Assembly (NCBI GenBank): GCA_944320015.1
Contig: CALUFO010000005.1
Span: forward strand, 1 to 24,000
DNA length: 24,000 bases
Direction of reading: 5' to 3'
DNA from: an uncultured Barnesiella sp.
Lineage (GTDB): Bacteria; Bacteroidota; Bacteroidia; Bacteroidales; Barnesiellaceae
In this document: piece by piece, positions 1 to 7,041 of the stretch
How positions within the stretch are numbered: position 1 is the first letter of the stretch
Layout of the letters: each line of letters begins with the position of its first letter
The notes under the pieces: model-generated
Seen by the model: only the letters and a program-made list of their open reading frames with translations
The model's database searches: none
What the model was told of the DNA's origin: nothing
Position numbers and translations under genes: made by a program

Positions 1-2
1 TG

Positions 3-76
3 CGGGGTGTAGCACAGTTGGTTAGCGCGCCACGTTCGGGACGTGGAGGTCGGACGTTCGAGTCGTCTCACCCCGA
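3..76 (+). tRNA. tRNA-Pro, anticodon CGG
   Basis: 74-nt cloverleaf read by eye. Acceptor CGGGGTG (3-9) pairs with CACCCCG (69-75); discriminator A76; no encoded CCA. Anticodon stem CCACG/CGTGG (30-34/42-46), loop TTCGGGA, anticodon CGG at 37-39. T arm GGACG-TTCGAGT-CGTCT. One A:C mismatch in the D stem. Confidence 0.9.
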
Positions 77-84
77 CTGTTTTT

Positions 85-126
85 AATCCAACTCACTATA
101 AATTAGTGGGTTGGATTCGATTTTTT
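85..126 (+). terminator. Putative intrinsic terminator after tRNA-Pro
   Basis: 8-bp stem AATCCAAC (85-92) / GTTGGATT (110-117), followed by CGA and a T run at 121-126. The 17-nt loop is rather long. Confidence 0.55.
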
Positions 127-153
127 AAAGCGGTCGGGAGAAATGCGGGAGAT

Positions 154-262
154 GCCGGGGTTGCGGGATACGCCGCGCTCCCATAGTTCTCGCCCCGGTT
201 CCTCGGCCGGTCGCGCTTCCCCGATTCGATAAAGCCGGTTTTCCCAGCCGGGCAAGCCTTTG
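154..262 (+). repeat. Diverged partial copy of the GC-rich ~208-bp element (family 2)
   Basis: By-eye alignment with 6883-6990 (GGGGTTGCGG, CTCGCCCnGGTTCCTCnGCCGG, CGATAAAGnCGGTTT, CCGG blocks), roughly 70 percent identity, same orientation as copy A. Confidence 0.5.
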
Positions 263-446
263 TTTTGCGGGGCTGGGCGGTTGGGGTTTGTGCGGCCGCG
301 ATAGGGCTGGCTTTCAATTCGCTATCGTTTCGGGTCGCTGCGGCACGGTGGCGGTTTTGTAGAAGATGAGGGTTAAATTGGGGTGTTGCGATTTTGATTT
401 ATAAGGGAAATTCGTATCTTTATACCCACATTAATCGATAAGTATC

Positions 447-1328
447 ATGAATAAACACATCATTACAGAGATTACGCCTTTGTCCGAGAAAGACTGTCTG
501 TTTATCGTCGAGCGATACAAGACAGAGTTTACTTATCCACTGCATAACCACAAAGAGTATGAATTGAATTTTGTGGAGAATGGAGCCGGAGTCCGTCGCA
601 TTGTGGGCGATTCGGTCGAAGAGATTGGCGACTACGATTTGGTGTTGCTTTGTGGCGATAATTTGGAGCATGTGTGGGAGCAGGGGAATTGCCGGTCAAA
701 GCAGATACGGGAGATAACGATACAGTTTTCGCCCGATTTGTTTTCCAACAATTTTATTGGCAAGAAGCAGTTTACCTCTATCCGCAAAATGCTCGATCGG
801 GCGCAAAAGGGACTTGCGTTCCCGTTGCATGCCGTGATGAAGGTCTATTCGAATATCGATTCCCTGTTGAAGGGAGAACCGGGATTTTATCAGTTTGTGA
901 AGTTCCTGACGATTCTCTATGAATTGTCGATTTGCGACGATGCGCGCACCTTGTCGAGCAGTTCGTTTGCTCGCTCGAAGATGACATCGGACAGCCGGCG
1001 GGTGCAGAAAGTCGAGGAGTATATCAACGAGCACTATACCGAGGAGATACGCTTGGCACAGTTGGCCGAGCTTACCGATATGACACCTGTCTCGTTCAGC
1101 CGGTTTTTCAAGTTGCGGACGGGGAAGAGCTTGTCGGACTATATCATCGATATACGATTGGGCAACGCTACACGGCAGTTGGTCGATTCGACCAAGACAG
1201 TCGCCGAGATATGCTATGAGTGCGGATTCAACAACCTGTCGAATTTCAACCGTATATTTAAAAAGAAAAAAGGCTGCTCGCCCAAAGAGTTCAGGGAGAT
1301 TTACTTTAAGAAGAAAATTTTTGTGTGA
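447..1328 (+). CDS. AraC/XylS-family transcriptional regulator (cupin-like N-domain plus double HTH C-domain)
   Basis: 293-aa ORF with ATG start. The C-terminal ~100 aa carry the AraC HTH signature (LAQLAELTDMTPVSFSRFFKLRTGKSLSDYIIDIRLGNA...ICYECGFNNLSNFNRIFKKKKGCSPKEFR). The N-terminal part has an HxH cupin-like ligand domain. Confidence 0.85.
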   Translation: MNKHIITEITPLSEKDCLFIVERYKTEFTYPLHNHKEYELNFVENGAGVRRIVGDSVEEIGDYDLVLLCGDNLEHVWEQGNCRSKQIREITIQFSPDLFSNNFIGKKQFTSIRKMLDRAQKGLAFPLHAVMKVYSNIDSLLKGEPGFYQFVKFLTILYELSICDDARTLSSSSFARSKMTSDSRRVQKVEEYINEHYTEEIRLAQLAELTDMTPVSFSRFFKLRTGKSLSDYIIDIRLGNATRQLVDSTKTVAEICYECGFNNLSNFNRIFKKKKGCSPKEFREIYFKKKIFV

Positions 1329-1506
1329 CGGCGTTGCCGGCATCTTTCATCGGCATCTTTCGATTCTTTTTGCAAGAAAATGGCGCGAATCCTTGTGCGG
1401 GACAAAATTTTATAGTACTTTTGTGGGCTGATTCTGATTTGGGCTCAAAAAGAGGCGCCTCGGTTGGCCCCGCCCGGCAGAGATAAACGTAAAAACAAAA
1501 AGTAAA

Positions 1507-1842
1507 ATGTACGTTATTGTTGAGATTCAAGGACAACAATTCAAAGTAGAAAACGGAAAGAAATTGTTTGTCCACTATTTGGGAGCAGAGCATGGCGCCG
1601 TTCTCGAATTTGACAAAGTGTTGCTCGTCGACAAAGACGGAGCGGTAACCGTAGGCACTCCCACCGTAGAAGGTGCGAAGGTCGTTTGTGAGGTCGTATC
1701 GAACGATGGTTACGGAAAGAAAGGCCTCGTAAAAGGTGAAAGAATTCTTGTTTTCAAGAAGAAAAGAAGAAAAGGTTATCGTCGTTTGAACGGTCACCGT
1801 CAATATTTCACCGAAGTGTTAGTTAAAGAAATTGTTGCTTAA
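1507..1842 (+). CDS. rplU: 50S ribosomal protein L21
   Basis: [22 protein letters not shown]... is the canonical L21 N-terminus. 111 aa, immediately upstream of L27 as in the conserved rplU-rpmA pair. Confidence 0.95.
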   Translation: MYVIVEIQGQQFKVENGKKLFVHYLGAEHGAVLEFDKVLLVDKDGAVTVGTPTVEGAKVVCEVVSNDGYGKKGLVKGERILVFKKKRRKGYRRLNGHRQYFTEVLVKEIVA

Positions 1843-1863
1843 CCCTATTAAACTTCTAAGAAA

Positions 1864-2127
1864 ATGGCACATAAGAAAGGTGTTGGTAGTTCTAAGAACG
1901 GTCGTGAATCGGAAAGCAAACGATTGGGTATTAAAATTTTCGGTGGTCAATATGCCAAAGCCGGAAATATCTTGGTACGTCAGAGAGGTACTGTTCATCA
2001 CCCGGGTGAAAACGTGGGTATGGGCAAAGACCACACATTGTTTGCATTGGTAAACGGTACGGTTGTGTTCCGCAAACGCAAGGAAAACCGTTCGTATGTA
2101 TCGGTAGAACCGGCAGACAATAACTGA
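1864..2127 (+). CDS. rpmA: 50S ribosomal protein L27
   Basis: [29 protein letters not shown]...[10 protein letters not shown] is the canonical L27 sequence. 87 aa. Confidence 0.95.
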   Translation: MAHKKGVGSSKNGRESESKRLGIKIFGGQYAKAGNILVRQRGTVHHPGENVGMGKDHTLFALVNGTVVFRKRKENRSYVSVEPADNN

Positions 2128-2153
2128 TAAAAGTTATAACCATTTATAGAAAG

Positions 2154-2190
2154 CGTGGCAGCTCGCAAGAGCGGTCACGTTTTTTATTTT
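2154..2190 (+). terminator. Intrinsic terminator of rplU-rpmA
   Basis: CGUGGCAGCUC-GCAA-GAGCGGUCACG forms a 10-bp stem with one A:G mismatch and a GNRA loop, followed by TTTTTTATTTT. It lies 27 nt after the rpmA stop. Confidence 0.8.
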
Positions 2191-2268
2191 CCGCCCCGCT
2201 CCCCTGCCACCCGGTGCCCCTTCGCCCGGTTTTCCCGGCATAGAGGAATACATTTGCAATCGGGGAAG

Positions 2269-2425
2269 GAGTTTAAATATATCTCCTGCCGATTACAGTA
2301 AGCACAGCGGGAGAGTTTAGACTATTCACACTTCTCCTCTGTGTGGCGAAGCCATATAGGGGAGAAACCGAGGGACGGTAGTCCCGAGGAGAGGGGTTGA
2401 AAAAATGACGGAGGGGGTTAAATAT
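2269..2425 (+). repeat. Stem-loop repeat tract (family 1): one complete forward unit plus fragments
   Basis: Hairpin core UUCUCCUCUGUGUGGC-GAA-GCCAUAUAGGGGAGAA at 2332-2366. Second stem-loop GGGAC-GGUA-GUCCC at 2372-2385. 3' modules GAGGAGAGGGGTTGAAAAA and GACGGAGGGGGTTAAAT. Upstream fragments GGAGTTTAAA and CACAGCGGGAGAGTTTAGAC, and the CCTGCCGATTACAGTAA module at 2285-2301. Confidence 0.8.
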
Positions 2426-2492
2426 TTTCATACACAGTATTTAATATTGTGGTAGAGTGGCGCTTCACCAGTGCCGGAAGAGTTGAAGGATA

Positions 2493-2533
2493 CAAAAAAG
2501 AGGCCTACCCAAAAATCGGGAAGGCCTCTTTTA
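2493..2533 (-). terminator. Intrinsic terminator downstream of the ferredoxin gene (structurally bidirectional)
   Basis: 8-bp stem AGAGGCCT (2499-2506) / AGGCCTCT (2522-2529), extended by inner CCC/GGG pairs. An A run on the plus strand at 2494-2498 gives a T run on the minus strand; a T-rich stretch also follows on the plus strand. Confidence 0.7.
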
Positions 2534-2555
2534 ATTTAATCGTTACTTGTATTAC

Positions 2556-2723
2556 TTATTCTTCGTGGATAGCGTCGTTAGGACAAACCTCGGCACAAGT
2601 ACCACAGCTCAAGCATTTGTCAGGGTCGATTTTGTAGATATCGCCTTCCGAGATAGCCTCTACCGGGCATTCGCTAATGCAAGAACCGCAAGCAACACAA
2701 TTGTCATTAATAACGTAAGCCAT
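2556..2723 (-). CDS. Small 2x[4Fe-4S] ferredoxin (55 aa)
   Basis: My own translation of the minus strand: MAYVINDNCVACGSCISECPVEAISEGDIYKIDPDKCLSCGTCAEVCPNDAIHEE*. It has two CxxCxxCxxxCP cluster motifs. Absent from the ORF track because it is shorter than 60 aa. ATG at 2723, TAA at 2556-2558. Confidence 0.9.
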   Translation of the reverse strand: MAYVINDNCVACGSCISECPVEAISEGDIYKIDPDKCLSCGTCAEVCPNDAIHEE

Positions 2724-2768
2724 TGTTTTTTAGTTTTTAGTTGTAAATAATTAGATCTAATTGCAGCA

Positions 2769-2798
2769 CAAATGTACGATTTTTATTGCTATCGCAAA
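2769..2798 (-). promoter_or_regulatory. Candidate Bacteroidetes-type promoter for the ferredoxin gene
   Basis: The minus strand reads TTTG-N18-TACATTTG, matching the TTTG (-33) / TAnnTTTG (-7) consensus. It lies about 45 nt upstream of the ATG. Confidence 0.45.
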
Positions 2799-2853
2799 AA
2801 AAATGAGGGGGAATTTGTGAACCGATTGTGCTTTTAAGTCACCTTCACGCTAA

Positions 2854-3052
2854 AAACTATCTACACTCCTCCTCTCTACCCGGTGCCAGTAGCATAGCGG
2901 AAAGGCGTTGAAGCACACAGATAAATGTGCATTTACTTGAAAATATAGAGGTGATTTTAAACTCCTCCTCTGTGTTTTGCGGAGCAAAATATAGGGGAGG
3001 TGGCACGCAGTGACGGAGGGGTTAGAGAAAAAATTGGAAAATAAAAAGGAAG
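2854..3052 (+). repeat. Solo copy (U0) of the X segment plus forward hairpin unit that is triplicated at 3553-4191
   Basis: Aligns with 3574-3772 with 4 substitutions that I counted (about 98 percent). Hairpin core CCUCCUCUGUGUUUUGC-GGA-GCAAAAUAUAGGGGAGG at 2964-3000. It ends ATTGGAAAATAAAAA, like the last tandem copy. Confidence 0.85.
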
Positions 3053-3080
3053 TCTTATCGATATTTCAATTTTAGCAAAT

Positions 3081-3088
3081 TATATTTG
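3081..3088 (+). promoter_or_regulatory. Candidate -7 box (TATATTTG) for the DUF559 gene
   Basis: Exact TAnnTTTG match 20 nt upstream of the GTG start at 3109. No clean TTTG -33 element. Confidence 0.4.
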
Positions 3089-3108
3089 TAATTCATTTAT
3101 AATGAGAT

Positions 3109-3507
3109 GTGAGCCGGAATTATAACAAAAAAGAAAAAGAGAAGCAACGAAAAGAACTTCGCTCCTATGGGACAAAATATGAAGCGACCATGTGGCTCCT
3201 TCTGAAAAATAGAAACATCGAAGGTGTAAGATTCCGCCGCCAATTTTCGGTGGGAGAATATATATTGGACTTTTACAGCCCCGAATTAAAATTGGCAATA
3301 GAATTGGACGGGAATGACCACTATTCCATTGAAGGCAGCTACAAAGACAGGGTTCGGGATAAGTGGCTTTCTACCCATGGTATAGAAGTATTGAGAATTG
3401 AAAACTGTGCGATTTTCGAAAACCAGCAAGCTGTAATAGAGCTGTTGAAAGAGACTGTTCAACGATTAAAATCTTCGGCTCAAAATTATAGAAAAGAAAT
3501 ATTATAA
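3109..3507 (+). CDS. DUF559 / Vsr-like (PD-(D/E)xK fold) endonuclease domain protein
   Basis: 132 aa. The pattern LRSYGTKYEATMWLLLKNR..FRRQFSVGEYILDFYSPELKLAIELDGNDHY...RDKWLSTHGIEVLRIEN matches the DUF559 family layout as I know it. GTG start; the only upstream ATGs are out of frame or hit a stop at once. Visibly AT-rich compared with neighbouring genes. Confidence 0.75.
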   Translation: MSRNYNKKEKEKQRKELRSYGTKYEATMWLLLKNRNIEGVRFRRQFSVGEYILDFYSPELKLAIELDGNDHYSIEGSYKDRVRDKWLSTHGIEVLRIENCAIFENQQAVIELLKETVQRLKSSAQNYRKEIL

Positions 3508-3510
3508 GGC

Positions 3511-3577
3511 TTTAACCCCCTCGCCTACGGCACTCCCCCTATATTCCCTTACGGGAACACAGAGGGAGAGTTTAAAC
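3511..3577 (-). repeat. Complete reverse-orientation hairpin unit (GUAA subtype) starting 3 nt after the DUF559 stop
   Basis: TTTAACCCCCTCGCCTACGGCACTCCCCCTATATTCCCTTACGGGAACACAGAGGGAGAGTTTAAAC. Core at 3533-3570. It is the reverse complement of the forward archetype seen at 7042-7112 and 19415-19478. Confidence 0.85.
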
Positions 3578-4191
3578 TATCTACACTCCTCCTCTCTACC
3601 CGATGCCAGTAGCATAGCGGAGAGGCGTTGAAGTACACAGATAAATGTGCATTTACTTGAAAATATAGAGGTGATTTTAAACTCCTCCTCTGTGTTTTGC
3701 GGAGCAAAATATAGGGGAGGTGGCACGCAGTGACGGAGGGGTTAGAGAAAAAATTGAAAAATAAAGGGAACACAGAGGGAGAGTTTAAACTATCTACACT
3801 CCTCCTCTCTACCCGATGCCAGTAGCATAGCGGAGAGGCGTTGAAGTACACAGATAAATGTGCATTTACTTGAAAATATAGAGGTGATTTTAAACTCCTC
3901 CTCTGTGTTTTGCGGAGCAAAATATAGGGGAGGTGGCACGCAGTGACGGAGGGGTTAGAGAAAAAATTGAAAAATAAAGGGAACACAGAGGGAGAGTTTA
4001 AACTATCTACACTCCTCCTCTCTACCCGATGCCAGTAGCATAGCGGAGAGGCGTTGAAGTACACAGATAAATGTGCATTTACTTGAAAATATAGAGGTGA
4101 TTTTAAACTCCTCCTCTGTGTTTTGCGGAGCAAAATATAGGGGAGGTGGCACGCAGTGACGGAGGGGTTAGAGAAAAAATTGGAAAATAAA
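3553..4191 (+). repeat. Perfect tandem triplication of a 213-bp mosaic unit
   Basis: Unit starts (GGGAACACAGAGGG) at 3553, 3766 and 3979. Copies 1 and 2 are identical where compared; copy 3 differs only near its end. Forward hairpin cores at 3684-3720, 3897-3933 and 4110-4146. Confidence 0.95.
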
Positions 4192-4195
4192 AAAG

Positions 4196-4335
4196 TTTAA
4201 AGCATCTACACTTCTCCTCTGTGTGGCGACAGCCATATAGGAGAGAAACAGAGGGAGAATTTAAATGTACCTCCTTGCCGGTTACAAATCGGAGAAGGTT
4301 GACCCATTTAAACTATCACACGCAGGGAGGGTATT
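4196..4335 (+). repeat. Stem-loop repeat tract (family 1)
   Basis: Core UUCUCCUCUGUGUGGC-GACA-GCCAUAUAGGAGAGAA at 4212-4247 with one mismatch. Followed by ACAGAGGGAGAATTTAAA, the CCTTGCCGGTTACAAAT module (4273-4289) and further degenerate fragments. Confidence 0.75.
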
Positions 4336-4336
4336 G

Positions 4337-4379
4337 AAAAAAAACAGAGGCCGCGCCCCAAAGGGGACACTGCCTCTGT
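4337..4379 (-). terminator. Intrinsic terminator of the 716-aa gene
   Basis: 8-bp stem ACAGAGGC (4344-4351) / GCCTCTGT (4372-4379). The minus strand then reads a run of 7-8 T (plus-strand A run 4337-4343). It lies 26 nt downstream of the stop at 4405. Confidence 0.75.
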
Positions 4380-4404
4380 ACTATGATAAAAGGTAGGAGG
4401 TTGC

Positions 4405-6555
4405 TTAGAATACAACTACTTTTTGGTTGCCGATGACGTAGATGCCGGCGGGCAGGGTTACGATGTTGGAACCCTCGGTGAGTTCGATTTGGCGAACTTG
4501 CGCACCGGTGAGGGCATATACGGCAACGGTAGCGGCTTCGGAGGCTTCGATTGTTACCTGTCCTTTACCGCCGATAATCTTCATACCGGCAACTTCTACG
4601 CTTGCTATACCCGTGGCGGAGCCTTCTTTGATCATAAGGTCGGTAATTTCCCAAGTAGACGCTCCGGCGGTGGTACTTGTATATTTGAAAGCAAAACGGA
4701 TAGGAGCGGTGAGATCTTTCAATTCGATGTCGCCCGATTCGGCCCATTCGAAATAACCCTCAGACCAAGCTGCACGATCGGTAATATTCACCCACTCGGC
4801 GTCGCCGGGTTGCATGGTATTGGGATCATAGTCGCTCGAATAAAGCAGTTCCAATGCATTCCCTTCATAGCTGTAAGCTGAACTGAAATTCAAGATGATG
4901 TTATTGGCGGTTACAGCCGGTGAGATGAGGTAGGCTTCACTGTCGGTATTTTTACCATTGATATACCCGCTTACTTTGGCGCCATATTGAGAATCGGACT
5001 CCCATTGAGCCTCTCCTACGGTGGTGATAGAGAGCCAATCGCCGAGTCCCGATTTGAAGTCGATCGAGTGGGGCAATGAGGCCGACAAAGCCCTTACTGT
5101 CAAGGTATATTGGGCAACGCCTTCGCGATAGGTGTCATCGGCTTCGGTCGTAGCTTTGATAATGGTGGTTCCTGGGCCTACTATGGTCACGAGGCCTTCG
5201 GCGCTAATCGTAGCCACTTCTTGGTCGCTGCTGCTATAAGTAATCGGTTTTTCGGGGGTAGCCGTGGCGGCGCTGTTGTAGGTGAGGCCTTCGGCAAAGA
5301 AGAGGTCTTTGTTGCCGCTCACTTCGTTGAATGTTACTTTTACGTCTTGTTTTCCGTCGTTTTCTTCCAATTTGTAGAGAGTGAGATCTTGTTGCTTGCT
5401 TGATGCCTTATAGCAAGCAAACCATTTAGAGCCGCTGTTGTATTGTAAGAAGCGGTCGGTATATTGTACATTCGTAGCTCGGAATTTATCGTTTTCTATT
5501 GAAAAATTCCATTCACATACTTTGTCTTCAAAATCAGAAAGAGAAGCATCATTACTATTTTCACCGGCAACATAAGTTCCATTATTACTAATGCTTACAC
5601 CGTTCGTTGTTGTAATAATATCCCAAACAATAGAGGCATCGGGGTTAAAAATCGCATCATCATCTGAAACATTGATTGTCGTGGCTGCAATTCTACTACC
5701 ATTGGCTTGGTTTACCATAGCCATGGTATTCTTGTAGGCGATTACATACTTACCATCGGTCAATTCGTCGATAGAAGAGATTTTTGTAAAGATTTTAGCT
5801 GTTGCCGGGTCAATCACGGTCAAGGTATATTCTACGGAAGCGGCATCAAAAGTCTCGGTCTCGGCTACTTCGGCTTTGATCACCGTCGTACCACCGGCAA
5901 CCAGTGTAACAAGCCCCTTTTGATTGATCGTAGCTACCTCGGTGTCGCTACTGCTGTATGTAATAGTGGCATCGGAGACCGTAGTGGCGGCGCTGCTGTA
6001 GCTGCCCTCGGTGAGTTGTTTGGTCACATCGCCCGTGATGTCGGTAAAGGCAAGCTCGGGATTTTGCAACGAGGAACTGGCAATGGGCTTGATATCGATT
6101 TGCGTGATATAGGTGGCTGCGCTACCTGCTTCGATAGTAATACTTGCACTTGGAGATGTTACCGAAAGAGTGAGCGGAGATGCTCCTTGCACCGTATTAT
6201 CGGTGCCGGTTTCTGTAATGGAAGCATCATTTTTAGTACAGTCAAAAGTAATCGTTACATCAAAGCCATTTGAGGTTTCAAAGGTCGGGGAGAGTAATAC
6301 TCCTTTATCACCTTTGAGCTGTATCCGGGCCTTAGTATTTTCGCGCATTACAGATTGAACGAAAGTCCAAGTATAATCTACACCATCGCTACCGACGAAT
6401 ATTTGCTCCCCTTTCGATGCGTCATAGCTGGAGCCTGTTACTTTTGACCAATCGTTAAATGTGACATCTTGTGTAAGAGAAACCGCCCAAGCGGAAGTTC
6501 CACAAAGCAAAGCCACCAATAGGATAGCTGTGCGTAAAAAGTAATTTTTCTTCAT
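4405..6555 (-). CDS. T9SS-secreted surface protein with two Ig-like (Big_2-type) repeats and a C-terminal T9SS sorting domain; function unknown
   Basis: 716 aa. Signal peptide MKKNYFLRTAILLVALLCGTSAWA. Two internal repeats: TYSSSD(T/Q)EVATI...GLVT(L/I)V..GTT(V/I)IKA...YTLTV. The C-terminal ~70 aa (GIASVEVAGMKIIGG...VYALTGAQV...LPAGIYVIGNQKVVVF) fit the T9SS CTD pattern. Confidence 0.8.
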   Translation of the reverse strand: MKKNYFLRTAILLVALLCGTSAWAVSLTQDVTFNDWSKVTGSSYDASKGEQIFVGSDGVDYTWTFVQSVMRENTKARIQLKGDKGVLLSPTFETSNGFDVTITFDCTKNDASITETGTDNTVQGASPLTLSVTSPSASITIEAGSAATYITQIDIKPIASSSLQNPELAFTDITGDVTKQLTEGSYSSAATTVSDATITYSSSDTEVATINQKGLVTLVAGGTTVIKAEVAETETFDAASVEYTLTVIDPATAKIFTKISSIDELTDGKYVIAYKNTMAMVNQANGSRIAATTINVSDDDAIFNPDASIVWDIITTTNGVSISNNGTYVAGENSNDASLSDFEDKVCEWNFSIENDKFRATNVQYTDRFLQYNSGSKWFACYKASSKQQDLTLYKLEENDGKQDVKVTFNEVSGNKDLFFAEGLTYNSAATATPEKPITYSSSDQEVATISAEGLVTIVGPGTTIIKATTEADDTYREGVAQYTLTVRALSASLPHSIDFKSGLGDWLSITTVGEAQWESDSQYGAKVSGYINGKNTDSEAYLISPAVTANNIILNFSSAYSYEGNALELLYSSDYDPNTMQPGDAEWVNITDRAAWSEGYFEWAESGDIELKDLTAPIRFAFKYTSTTAGASTWEITDLMIKEGSATGIASVEVAGMKIIGGKGQVTIEASEAATVAVYALTGAQVRQIELTEGSNIVTLPAGIYVIGNQKVVVF

Positions 6556-6721
6556 AGATATATTGTTTTAGAGTTTATAGTACCTGTTTTTGGTTTATTC
6601 AATCCCTTTCATATAGTCTAACAAAAATATAAAATAGGAATGGAAAGAAAAAGTTTTTTTGTGAGAAAGTTGCGATATTTCACAGAAATGTCATAAGGGT
6701 AGGTTCTTCCGGGGAATTTTC

Positions 6722-6788
6722 TTTACCCCCTCTCCTCGGGACTACCGTTCCTCGGTGTCTCCCCTATATCACTTCGTGACACAGAGGA
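6722..6788 (-). repeat. Reverse-orientation hairpin unit (CAC-GAA-GUG subtype), truncated at its outer end by the family-2 element
   Basis: CCCCCTCTCCTCGGGACTACCGTTCCTCGGTGTCTCCCCTATATCACTTCGTGACACAGAGGA. Core at 6758-6788. It is the reverse complement of the unit at 22021-22085. Confidence 0.8.
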
Positions 6789-6988
6789 TTTCTATTTGTT
6801 CATTCTTCTCAACAGCGAGAAGAACGAACCAAGAAGCGCCGCCGCTGTTATCGGGCTTATTCGCTCGGTCGCTGCTGCCTCCGTCGGGGGTTGCGGAACT
6901 CGCTTCGCTCAGACAGTCCTCGCCCGGGTTCCTCCGCCGGTAGGCGCCCTCCCGGCCCGATAAAGGCGGTTTCCCTACCGGACATGCT
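6780..6988 (+). repeat. GC-rich ~208-bp element, copy A (family 2)
   Basis: Aligns over its full length with the reverse complement of 19651-19857, with about 10 substitutions and one 1-nt indel. Contains the hairpin TTCTTCTC-AACAGC-GAGAAGAA and the core GGGGTTGCGGAACTCGCTTCGCTCAGACAGTCCTCGCCC. Confidence 0.9.
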
Positions 6989-7041
6989 TGCCATTATTTT
7001 TTACCTTTTTCTCTTTGATTTTAAGTGACAAAAGGGATACA

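Noticed and set aside
1424-1506. Structured leader or riboswitch upstream of rplU
   Set aside because: A possible -7 box (TACTTTTG, 1416-1423) would give an ~85-nt leader. I could find only weak local pairing and no motif I recognise, which is not enough to call a regulatory RNA.
3511-3577. attC-like site making the DUF559 gene an integron cassette (small promoter-proximal ORF followed at once by an imperfect palindrome)
   Set aside because: The termini (CTTTAAC / GTTTAAA) do not fit the RYYYAAC / GTTRRRY core sites. I see no characteristic extrahelical bases and no intI. The same palindromes also occur where no cassette-like ORF is present.
3549-4133. 194-aa minus-strand ORF with a striking internal repeat (…LRKTQRRSLKSPLYFQVNAH… three times)
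   Set aside because: It is simply the translation of the 213-bp tandem repeat, which happens to lack stops in one frame. The same peptide fragments (LRKTQRRSL, PSVTACHLPYILL) appear wherever hairpin units occur, in different frames and contexts, so it is not a protein.
3553-4191. Possible CRISPR array
   Set aside because: The 213-bp units are contiguous with no unique spacers, and the unit is far longer than a CRISPR repeat. It is built from dispersed repeat modules, and no cas genes are nearby.
6755-6943. 62-aa ORF across family-2 copy A, and the 94-aa and 71-aa ORFs across copy B (19586..19889)
   Set aside because: A 1-nt indel between the two copies (CGGTTTCCC versus CGGTTTTCCC) shifts the frame, so no reading frame is conserved. 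The ORFs also run into hairpin units. They are most likely non-coding.
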